Shown in pieces: positions 53,988-64,000 of a DNA stretch of 64,000 bases. Origin of the DNA: Callorhinchus milii (lineage: Eukaryota). A program made the position numbers and the translations under genes. The stretch covers positions 107,758,001 through 107,822,000 of the forward strand of contig NW_024704742.1 in NCBI RefSeq assembly GCF_018977255.1. Direction: 5' to 3'. Position 1 is the stretch's first letter; every line of letters starts with the position of its first letter. The notes under the pieces were generated by a model. It saw nothing but the letters and a program-made list of their open reading frames with translations. It did not search any database and was not told where the DNA came from.

Positions 53988-54332
53988 GTGGAGTCCTGTA
54001 TCGTGGGGTCCTGTAGCTCAGTGGTTAGAGCACTCACTTTGCAAGCGAGAGACCTGAGTTCAATTCCAGGCAGGTCAGGGTGAAACCTTGGGCAAGTTTC
54101 CTTACTCCACACAGAGCCTAATAATAATCCCTCCAAAACCAAAACCAATAATAAATTGGTCATTTTCAATCTACGACTGTTTGTGGGACATTGCTGTGCG
54201 CAATTGGCTGCCGCGTTCGCTCACAAATATACAGTCAATTCACTTTACAGTGTGTTCTGTGAAGCGCTTTGGGACGTCCTCCCGACGTGAAAAGTGCTAT
54301 ATCAAATGCAAGGATTATTATTATTATTATTA
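53988..54332 (+). mobile_element. Young tRNA-Ala-derived SINE with a duplicated 5' start, abutting the CpG island
   Basis: gtggagtcctgtatc-gtggggtcctgtagctcagtgg... through to an (att)n tail. Confidence 0.93.
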
Positions 54333-54349
54333 CTAAACCAAGATTTCGA

Positions 54350-55650
54350 TGTGTCCCACCGACACGCGGAAATCCCAGAGATGTTCGCCGGAATGGGGAT
54401 GCGCGCGCTCTCCCTGGAGGGCCGCATCCCGCTCGCATAACACCGGGAAGCATTAGGCACAGGGGACCCCAGAGCGTGCGTTGGGGCACAAGCCCTCAGC
54501 GTCGCAGCCCGGCGAGCTTTCCCGCTGCGAGTCCAGAGCCGTGCACCGCCCTGAGCGAGAGGACTCCCGCCCGGCCCGCGGTGACTGGGCTGCCACTCCA
54601 GGTCCTGTGGATGGACCGGGCGGGGAGGGGCGGGGCGGGGGGGGGGGGAGGGGGGGCTCCAGCCACATCTGTCAAAGCCGCGCGGCTGCCCCACTCCCGG
54701 CATGCTCCTGGCTCACCCCCCCCCCCCTCCCCCACCCCGGGGGCGGCCGGCGTGACGTCAGTGCCGAGTGAGTGCCGGCCTGGAGAGAGTGGGTGAGAAG
54801 CCATGGCGGCGGGGAGCTAGTCAGGCAGTCAGTCAGTCAGGCAGGCAGGCAGTGCGTGTGTGTGTATGGGAGAGGGAGACAGAGACACCCGCCCCCCCCC
54901 CACCCCCCCACCACCACACACACACAAACCCGAGTGACAGAGCGAGGAACGAGAGCGGAGGAGGAAGGGCACAGACAGACAGACGGTTCGGGGGCGGGAT
55001 AAGAAAGTGCGGATAAGACGAGGAGGAACCAAGGGTACGATAAGTGACGTTAAGCCGGTGGTTTGGTCGGTCGCGGGCCGTGTCGGGTCGGTCTGGCCGG
55101 TGTGTGTGTGTGTGGGGGGGGGTCTGTCCGGCCGGGCCGGGCCGGGCCGATGATCCGGAGCCGGCGGTTGGCGGTTGGGGCGGCCCGCGCCTCGCGACGC
55201 TGCGCTCGAGCTCCCGGGTCCCGGACTGCGCCGAGCGCCGCGCGCGGGGAGAGCCGGAGCTCTCGCGCTCTCTCGCTCTCTCTCTGTGTGTGTGTCCCGG
55301 CGCTGGGGCGGCGCACCCTCCGGCGGGCGGCTCGGGGGGGGGGGGTAGGAGGCACGCGCTGACCCTGGGGCTCACACCCCAGCGCTAGGCCCCGGGTCAC
55401 CGGCCCTCGCCGCAACCCCTCTCCCTCTCTGCTCGGCCCTCGGGTGTTTGGGGGCAGTGCGTTTCGCGAGCCCCACGGTCAGACCCACCAGCGCCTGCTT
55501 TTGTTACTCGCGGTTTAAGGCCCTGTCGGATTCCCGTGGTCGCGCTTTCGTGTGTATATCATGTAACGCGCGGGAGCTTCGCAAGAGGCCGAAGATTTTT
55601 TTTTCCCCCAAAAGAAAGGCGAGGTGTTTCTTTTTTTTCTTCGCGTACGT
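54350..55650 (+). promoter_or_regulatory. CHD1: CpG-island promoter and non-coding first exon of CHD1
   Basis: Abrupt GC/CpG-rich block. GC boxes at 54618-54640 and 54739-54746, perfect CRE TGACGTCA at 54753-54760 overlapping an Inr-like TCAGT, candidate donor AGG|gtacga at 55035. Lies just upstream of the CHD1 start exon; the TSS is not directly observable. Confidence 0.85.
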
Positions 55651-56242
55651 ATGTATGTATTTTCCTCCCATCTTCTTTGTTTGGCATTTTCTTTTCTTGG
55701 GGAATTGGGTGAAATCGTGTCACTCTCTTTCCCCCCCCACCACCACCACCCCTACCCCCACCCCCCCCCCCCCCCCACCCTCTTTGCTCGGTGACGGCTA
55801 ACGTTAGGTTCAGTGTTCTCTGGAAATGGGAGATATTCGGATTAAATCGTTAACAGTTGCCGCAACCACGACGTGCCAGAAGGTTTCGATGAATCGCGAT
55901 TGTAGTTTTCATCTGCGTTTATTCTGGAAGTAGCAGCAGTAGGTCCGCATGGTAAATCAGCAGAGTTACAGCAAAATGAAACCAAAGCCCTCATGATGGA
56001 TTAGATGAACAAAAGTAGAACATCTTGTGCTTTCGTTGATGTTCAAATGTGTGTGTTTTTTTTAAAAAAAAGAAAAGTCGTTTCGTTTAAGAAACTTTTA
56101 GTCGAGGCTGAGGGGTGATTTTTTTTTTGGCAGTTAGTGATCGTGGTGTTCTGGCACGTAATGCTTGTTTACCTGCATTTGAATAAGTACAATTATGTGA
56201 TGATAAGAAACCTTCTAAATATTTTGAATCTCTTTAATGCAG

Positions 56243-56396
56243 AAAGCGGGGTTCGCCTTTGAAGAGTAAACGGGGGTGCAGAAGGGCTGTGGACGGATAA
56301 CGATTATCGGCAGTGTTATTTCAGAGTGGGAACTTCCAACAGTTTTCAAGCTTGAGTGAAGACTTCCATCCGATCCTTCCCTTTTTAAACCTGCAA
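56243..56396 (+). other. CHD1: 5' UTR part of the CHD1 start-codon exon
   Basis: Acceptor ttgaatctctttaatgcag at 56241-56242; 154 nt with no ATG before the start codon. Confidence 0.7.
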
Positions 56397-56449
56397 ATGG
56401 AGGGTCACAATGACGAGGAAAGCGTCAGCAACAGCAGTGGAGACTCAAG
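56397..56449 (+). CDS. CHD1: Chromodomain-helicase-DNA-binding protein 1, first coding exon (rest of the gene beyond the window)
   Basis: Encodes MEGHNDEESVSNSSGDS plus 2 nt, versus the human CHD1 N-terminus MNGHSDEESVRNSSGES as I recall it. 53 coding nt end at a phase-2 donor AAG|gtatta. Too short for the ORF track. Confidence 0.9.
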
Positions 56450-56964
56450 GTATTAAAATATTTATTCTTAGTGATGGTAACAAGGGGAATGTATTGAGGT
56501 TGGTTCTAACGTTTAAACTGTAAACCCTTCGCACATCGATCTCAATCCTATGTGTAACACGTTCAGAAACCGGAAGATCTTTCCTTCATTCTCCCTCAGT
56601 GATGTAAATAACGTTGCTACAGTGTTGCTCATATGATTTTTTTTGTGTACATGGGATTGGTAACGCTGCCAGATAAAAATAAAACGATTGTGTTCCAGCA
56701 ATGAACATAATGTGGTTTGCACTGTATTTATAGATATGGAGTTTTTCTCATTTCAGGGATTTGTCAGAATTTATATATTTTTATGTTTCCTGCCAGCTGA
56801 ACTCATAACTATGTTTAATATTGTCATGTTGCAAAACGACCTTTTCCCTATTGCATAGGAACTATAATCCAAATGAATTAAAACGAGTGTGGTCCTGTAT
56901 AAGATAACTGTATGAATCATTGAGAATCCTGGTTAGGGAGATTAGTGGTAGGAAATAAATCTAA

Positions 56965-57502
56965 AGAGTACTATGTACAGTTCTGGTCACTGCAGTACAA
57001 AAAGGATATTGGAGAAATCGAGAAGATACAGAGGAGAGCAACCAAAATGATTGAGGGACTGGAAGGACTGACTATGAGAAGTGACTAAGTATATTGGGTT
57101 TGTTCACGCTGGAAAAGAGAAGATTGAGAGGCGACATGATTGCTGTCTTAAGATTCTAAAGGAGCAAAACAATATACATCACGACAGACTGTTTCAACTT
57201 GTCCAGAACAGCAAAACCAGAGGACACGGCCTGCGGTTGAAGGGGGGGAAATTCAGAACAAGTCTACTTCAGTGAGCGAATAGTGAACCTGTGGAATAGG
57301 CTCTCCGAAGGGAGATGGTTGAAGCAGGAAGTATTGATTCTTCCAAACACAGATTAGATAGTTTTCTTTTAGGAAACCACATTATGGGATGTTGTGCATA
57401 GGTAGTTCGGGACATATGTGCATGCGGTTGCCAGGAAGGTGGAAGGCGAACTAGATCGACTTTGGTCTTTTTTCGTCTAGCATTTTTTATGTTCTTATGT
57501 TA
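56965..57502 (+). mobile_element. CR1 LINE 3' fragment in the CHD1 intron
   Basis: EKIQRRATKMIEGL and KTRGHGLRLKGGKFR motifs; ttatgttcttatgtt tail. Confidence 0.85.
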
Positions 57503-57979
57503 TAAGATATAAATTCTGTTTAAAAACTTTTTGATAAGAAAATTGTGAACAAAATGACATGATGTTCATTGGTTTAATAATCTTCTGGATAACTGAACTG
57601 CTTAACATCTAAGCGTGTGACTTGTAATAATATGGCATCCTGATCTTTCAATGCTAGGCTGTTCAATGGCAGAGAGAGGTGCCTGGTTAGGGAGACTAGT
57701 GGTAGGAAATAAAATAAATCTAGGAAATAAATCTATACTGTACATTTTAGACAGTGTGCACAATATTGTATTTTATTTTATCTGATTGCCTATTCAGTAG
57801 GCACATATTTGTGTTCTTTGTTTTAAAATACTTGAAACTCATGTCAAGTCAATCTAATTCAATATGAAACTAGTATATATTATATGGGATATTTTCTAGA
57901 AACAACATCCATACTCTTCCAACACCCACACCATAATTTGATATTTACTCCGTTTGATTTGGTTTGGGTTCAAGTTCAA

Positions 57980-59170
57980 CACTGACCTCTCGCTAAGCAC
58001 CCTTGAGGTGGAGTCAGCTTTACAGTTGCCAAGAACCCCCACATAAAGATCTGATTTAAGCAGGTTATCTTGTGGTACTGCGTAAGCCTGGTATGCTTGA
58101 GAACACCAAGGTGGCTGGCACATCGCAAACTGTCCTATAAACGTCCTCTCAGATCGCTGATTAGGAAACTTGCAGGGAGTTCCTACCAGGAACTCCCACC
58201 AGGGCTCAAACCTTCACTTGTCAAATGTCTAACTATTGACTATCCTCCGGGGGATGAGCAGGGTCTCCTTGAGCTGAACTGGCTCCAAAGTGACAGGTTT
58301 GTCAATGGAATCTCAGAATCAGTAGTCCAGTTCCTGAGCCAGTTGGGTCTGCAGTACTGCTGATGAAAGTACGGCCAGCCTGGCTCATCGGCAGGAGTTG
58401 GAAAGGCAGACTAGTCACTGGACGATTTCACGATCCTCACCCTTGTATTCAAGTCCCTGCACTCCTCTACACCCCCCTACCTCTGACCTCTCTCCTCAAA
58501 ACAGTACCCGTTGCCTTTGTTCCTCCGGGTCTGGCCTCCTCCTCGTCCCCTGAGTCCTCCCCACCACCCTCGGCTGCCGTGCCTTCAGCCACTATGCCCC
58601 GAGGCTCTGGAACTGCCTTCCTCACTCCCTTCATCTCGCTCCCTCCCTTCCCATTTTCAGGTCTCTGCTGAAGACCTTTCTTTTCGACCGCGCCTTTGGT
58701 CACCTTCCTCCCCCTCCCCCTGGCTCGGTCCCGGGATCCGTTACTGTAAAGTGCTCTGAGACGCTGTCCTGTGTGGAGGGCGCTATATAAATCCCAAGTT
58801 GTTGTTGTTGTTGGACTGATCTGCCCTTCCAACGGTGGACCACCCATTAAACCTGTAAGCCAAAGCCCTAGGTGGTCCTAGCTGGACCTGCAGTGGTAAA
58901 GTTTGCCAGGCATTTCTCTGAATGGCAAGCTGTGTGGTTTTAGGTGGTTGGACTCCAATGCACACTCTGGGATCCCCAAGCCTTGGCTCTTGCCAATCTA
59001 CGCCTAATACTTTCCGGAATTAGGTAAGCGGGATGCGTCCCTCCAGGAAGAAAGTGCCCATTCCATTCCAACAAATACCTCTGGAATTTCCACGTGTAGG
59101 TGGGATGCACAGAATTCTCTGTTTGGTTTGGATACTCATAAGCACGGTAGTCGGTTTCTGCATTTGTCAC
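57980..59170 (+). repeat. Unclassified interspersed repeat, interrupted by an L2
   Basis: Shares blocks with 9350-9780 (-), about 49500-49770 and 62965-63490. Confidence 0.6.
58424..58812 (+). mobile_element. L2 3' fragment (same subfamily as 44997-46581) with a short ggac duplication
   Basis: Matches the reverse complement of about 45000-45370; (gtt)n tail; ggac on both flanks. Confidence 0.88.
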
Positions 59171-61035
59171 TCAGATGACCAAAGAAAACCTCATCCTTAG
59201 TTCAAATTAAATAAAATTAAATATTTAATTTGGAGGAGCGGGACCCATATCACAGCTAGTTGAGTGTCTGCCTCTGGACAAGTCTCATGGTAGTATTACA
59301 ACAGCAAAGATCATGATAGACTTAGAGTTCTGCTTCCACTGTTGAGAGCAAATTTCGTCAGCTTTCAGTCGGGTCACTTAACCAAGTGCAGAATTTTGCA
59401 CGATATATCATTCAGCAGGATATGGAACTGCTATTTTTTCCCTACTTGAAGCACAGCTCAGAGATCATAAGGAAGTAACAATGATCAGGAGAAGAACTAT
59501 TCAACTTGAGGGACTTCCCCCACCAAGTGGCTACTGCTAAAATTGAGAAGGAAAATGAAACTTAGTACTAAGTTACTCGAGGAAACCGTCACAAAAACAT
59601 TACGTTTTTCCATTTTGGCATATAGCTTTTTTGTTTTTAAAATTAATTGAGATTCTGCATTAAAATTGTAGAATCTTACAGTATGGAAAGGGATCTTTTA
59701 ATCCTGTTCTGTGCATACATAAATACTATATTTTGAGGAATATGCAATAATGTTGCCTTTGTGGTTATGAGACTTCACAAACCCCTCTGCATACCTAGCA
59801 GTGAGTAGGAAACCAGTTGTTAGTCAATTGGCGGATTGCTTTCCAAGGTTAATAATCCCTTCAAAAAAATTATAAATAGAATAATAATAATAATTTGGTC
59901 ATGCAATCCATCATTGTTTGTGGAACACTACTGTTCGCAATTGGCTGCTGCATTTCGCTCATCAAATGTAGTGAATCCACTTTACAGTATATTCTGTGAA
60001 AAGCTTTGCGAGATCTTAATGACTTGATCAAGATTTATATCAAATGCAAGAATTATTATTATAAGCATGTATGTATTGGCCAAATATGGCATATTTTGCA
60101 ATCCACAAGAAGTTTTAACATTTATTGCCAGATCCTTGTGTTATTCTGTGTATTGTGGTTCATTATCGATATGCTTTATTTTAGATGTATAGTATACATG
60201 TACGCATTATACTAAGAACAAAAAACAAAGGGAGAAGTTGGGAGAAAATTTTCTGCGCAGAAAATATTTTTTTTCACATAGGGCTTTTGTAGGATAGCTT
60301 TTGTAGGATAGCTTTTGTAGGATAGCCTTACCAAAAATGGTGGTTGAAGCAGAATCCATACTAGCTTTGAGAAGGGAATTAAACAAATGTCTGAAAAGGA
60401 AATTTATTTATAATTTATATAAGAATATAACAAAGAGAGGAAAGCTGAATGAAGCAGGTAGTGCTTACAGTGACCCAGCACAGAGAGAATGGTTACCTAT
60501 TCTTAAAAAAAAGTCTGTGTAGCTCATAAAGTGTTCATCATAACGTTGATGCACAAAAGAGGTCTTAACTATTAATTTTTTTTCAGGTTTTTGTCTTTCA
60601 GAAAAGTAAATTGAGATGTGCAATAGATAAAATTTGGGATCTAGTATTTTGAGGTTTAACACAATTGTGGAGTCTGATGACATCACAGCATAAACACGAT
60701 TTTCATCCAGATAATGAACTTTACTCAGCAGTAATGTTACAGCTCGTAACTCACACCAACACAATTGTTGTGCATAATGTATGGTTTGTAAGTTATTTTT
60801 ATACTTGTTTGACAAATGTCACAAGTTTGATGAAAGAATCATGAAAATGCAATGTTTTAAGTTGTGTAAATGTATTACTTAATTTCACTATATTTTAGTT
60901 ACAATGCAGACTTTTGCCCACAATATATAGTCACTCCAATACCGTGAAGAGCTTTGAGATGCTTTGACGACATAAGGTGCTATATCAAAGAGAAAGATTA
61001 CTATTGTAACTGATAATCCTTATACTGATATATAA

Positions 61036-61541
61036 GGAGTCATGTAGCTCAATGGTTAGAGCACTCGCCTCACAAGCGAGAGACCTGGGTTCAATTCCCG
61101 GCTGGGCTATATGTTGGGCAAGTTTCCTTATTCCACATGCCTCTGTTTACCAAGCATTAAGTAGGAACCCAGATGTTAGTCGGTTGATGGATTGCTTTTC
61201 CAGGAGTAATAATTCAAAAAAAATTGGTCACTTTCTGTCATCTTTCACCTCCCCTTCCCCTCAGTCCCACCTTGAGCTCATGTGCCATCCTGCACCGTGA
61301 AATGCTTTGAGAAGTCTTCTTGATGTCAAAATGTACATTGTCACTTACATTGTAATAATCCCTTCCAAAAAAATTATTGTCACTCAATCCACGACTGTTT
61401 GTGGAACACTGCTATGTGCAATTGGCTGCTGCATTTCGCCCCCAAAATATACAGTCATTCAATTTTACAGTGTATTCTGTGAAGTGCTTTGAGACGCCTC
61501 AAAAACGTGATAAGGCACTATATCAAATGCAAGGATTATTA
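61036..61541 (+). mobile_element. tRNA-derived SINE with an internal insertion or rearrangement
   Basis: Head and tail match the family; extra sequence at about 61230-61350. Confidence 0.8.
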
Positions 61542-62087
61542 TAAAGTTAAATAGGCAATGTAAAAATTAATACAAATTTTAAAACATGAATACACATAAT
61601 ATGTCAATAAAGTACATCTATGCAAGAATAATTAATTCCAGATTAAACAATGAAAGTGAAAGAAATAATGACGTGAATTAAAATCCACGTAGTTTAATAA
61701 CCCTAACAATCAACCAAATAATGATAATCTCAAATGGAAATAATATATGCATCAAGTTCATTTTTATGTACTAAAATCAAAACATAGATACTATATCAAC
61801 TTAGCATATGGATCAATGGAAATGCAAGGCACCAAGTACAGGGTGGGCGCTAGGACCTGGGTTGGTGTCACTCAACCACGTGTCTTGGTAGTCAGACACA
61901 GATTGGGGAACACAGGGAGTATGGTTACAGTTATTTAAATCAGGAACCCAGGTACAGCGATTGAGGCTGTGGGCGTTGATAACAGTAAGGTCGGGCAATA
62001 GGGAGCCACTGTACTGGGTACGGAAATGGTTTGCGGACTGGATGCAATCATCTTGCGGACCGCCAGTTGGTCCAACCCCGATCCAAG

Positions 62088-62413
62088 ATGACACTCCAGT
62101 GCAGAACTGGTGGGGGTGTTGCATTGTCTGAGATTCTTTAGCTGAGACGTTAAGCCTGTTGAGGTGAATGTTAAAGATCCCTTGGCACTATGTGAAAAGG
62201 GAAGGGAGTTTCTCCTGATGCCCTGGCTAACAAATTCCCTAAAATAAAATTGGTCACTCAACATCATGGCTGTTTGTGGGACATTTCTGTGCCAAACACG
62301 TTTCACCCACAAAATACCCAGACAAAATACCACTTTACAATATATCCTGTAAAGAGCTTTGAGACGTCTCGATGAAGTGATAAGGTTCTGTATCAAATGC
62401 AAGGATTATTATT
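62088..62413 (+). mobile_element. Headless Deu-domain SINE
   Basis: ctgagacgttaagcc...gttaaagatcccttggcacta...gggagtttctcc followed by the family tail. Confidence 0.75.
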
Positions 62414-62964
62414 GTTGTACTTTAATGATGTATTGATGCGCGTTCATGACTTGTTTTGAAGTGACTGACTTTCTGTGTGTATACACAGTGATGTCATCTG
62501 TCATGATCAGTGATGTCACGATACGGAAACACTGACCAGTGATCATGCCCTGTTTTAATAATAATAATCATCCTTGCATTTGATTTATCGCCTTATCACG
62601 TCATTGAGACAGCTCAAAGCCCTTCACAGAATATACTATAAAGTGTAGTGACTGTATTTTGTGGGTGAGTTATGAGTCATTACAAGGAATGTATTGGCAA
62701 CTGCTTGCATGCCATTGTTTTAAGTTAGCACATTATCCTGGAATAACCCAGGAGTAATGCAGGTCAGTATGCTGTGGGTGAGTCACCAACAGTTTAAAAG
62801 TCTTATTTGCGCTTCATGCAAAAATGGAGCTTGAGGTATCAATTTACCTGTGCATCCTTATTTTTAAATCTAGTTTGAATGAGAAATTCCAACCATCCAA
62901 TCATAAGGTGAGCTGGCTACAATGTGAGTGTTTGGCAATGGAATTTCAGAATTTCAGAATTGAC

Positions 62965-63490
62965 CCTCTGGGATGGTCTCAGTAGACCAGTTTCTCAAGC
63001 TATGTGATTTTAGCTGGTTAAACTCCAGCACACTGTTGATGACAAACCAGCTAACCTGGTACAACAGCAGGATTTGGAACGGCAGACCAGTCAGTGGGAG
63101 GAGAAATTCTTCCCACTTGACTTCAAACCCCAATACAGTGGTGGCCAACCTTTTTGGTCAGCAGACCGAATCAATTTTCTTGATTGAATATTTCTTCATT
63201 TATGGCCACACCATGAGCATTGTTTCTCGGTAGCTACTGGAAACGAGGCATTGATTTGGAATGGACTCAATTGATGTGAAAGTTTGGCATGCCACTCTTT
63301 GACAGCCCTGTGGGCTGAAAGTGGTTGGGTTGGCTGCCACTGCCCTAATAGGTAGGAGGGTCCTAGCTGGACAAGCAGTGAGAAGTTTGCCAGACATTGG
63401 TCTCTATGGCAAGCTGTGTGATTTTAGCTGGTTAAATTCTAGCAGTGTCCCAAAACACTCTGGGGGCCCCAAGCCTTGCCTCTTGTCAAC
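62965..63490 (+). repeat. Unclassified repeat copy with an internal 35-bp direct repeat, followed by a young SINE tail (63494-63612)
   Basis: caagct.tgtgattttagctggttaaa at about 62996 and 63410; ccccaagccttgcctcttg block. Confidence 0.6.
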
Positions 63491-64000
63491 ATGTGCTTCG
63501 CCCACAAAATATACAGTCAATTCACTTTACAGTGTGTTCTGTGAAGCGCTTTGGGACGTCCTCCCGACGTGAAAAGCGCTATATCAAATGCAAGGATTAT
63601 TATTATTATTACTACATCTATGGAACTGGTTTGGGTACTCGCTGAAGAACTTATGTTTTATTAAAAGTTCTGTGCAATATGTGCTTATAAAATGAAGTTT
63701 ATATGAGAAATGTATAATATTTATTGCATTAAGTAAGATAGTACTGAGGAAAATCCTTGTTTTACAGTTAATTAGCTATATTTTCAGAAACTAGAAGTCT
63801 TCCGGTAATTGTCCAACAATGCTTTTGGTATGATGTAATAACCCATTCTGTAATGTTGGTTAGAATACCGGTTGGATTACATTTTACTTCCAATGAATTG
63901 TGCAGTATGGTGACTGGCTAACTCAACTTTTTAATTTAAAAGAAAATGCTTTTACTGCATTGGTCAGCAGGAACCTAAAGTCATAACAGGTCTAGATCTC

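Noticed and set aside
54235..55801. Many overlapping 70-180 aa ORFs on both strands
   Set aside because: Stop-codon depletion in a GC-rich CpG island; the translations are low-complexity Pro/Gly/Arg with no recognisable domain.
58350..58410. CTGATGA hammerhead-like core (also CTGAAGA near 3894)
   Set aside because: No stem II closing onto GAAA and no matching stems I and III; at most a decayed remnant.
60287..60330. Three tandem gcttttgtaggata units (also short tandems at about 50140 and 53120)
   Set aside because: Simple slippage duplications without spacers; not CRISPR-like.

Overview
This is vertebrate genomic DNA, AT-rich and dense in repeats. The repeat complement (L2 and CR1 LINEs, a young tRNA-Ala-derived SINE, Deu-domain SINEs) points to a cartilaginous fish, probably a chimaera such as Callorhinchus; this is an inference. 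The only gene I can identify is the 5' end of CHD1 on the + strand: a CpG-island promoter at about 54.35-55.65 kb and a 53-nt first coding segment at 56397-56449 (MEGHNDEESVSNSSGDS). The rest of the window to 64 kb appears to be CHD1 intron. Most long ORFs in the track are LINE reverse-transcriptase fragments, SINE read-throughs or GC-rich promoter artefacts. The best-supported extras are a non-autonomous Helitron with intact termini, a covarying 3' stem-loop shared by the SINE and L2, a 200-bp-arm inverted repeat and a divergent CTCF motif pair. More speculative are a strong-Kozak uORF in the CHD1 leader, a phase-consistent 3' end of an unidentified + strand gene (28.2-38.1 kb), and a possible CHASERR-like tandem lncRNA upstream of CHD1 (42.2-50.4 kb). 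Repeat boundaries were estimated by eye and are approximate.
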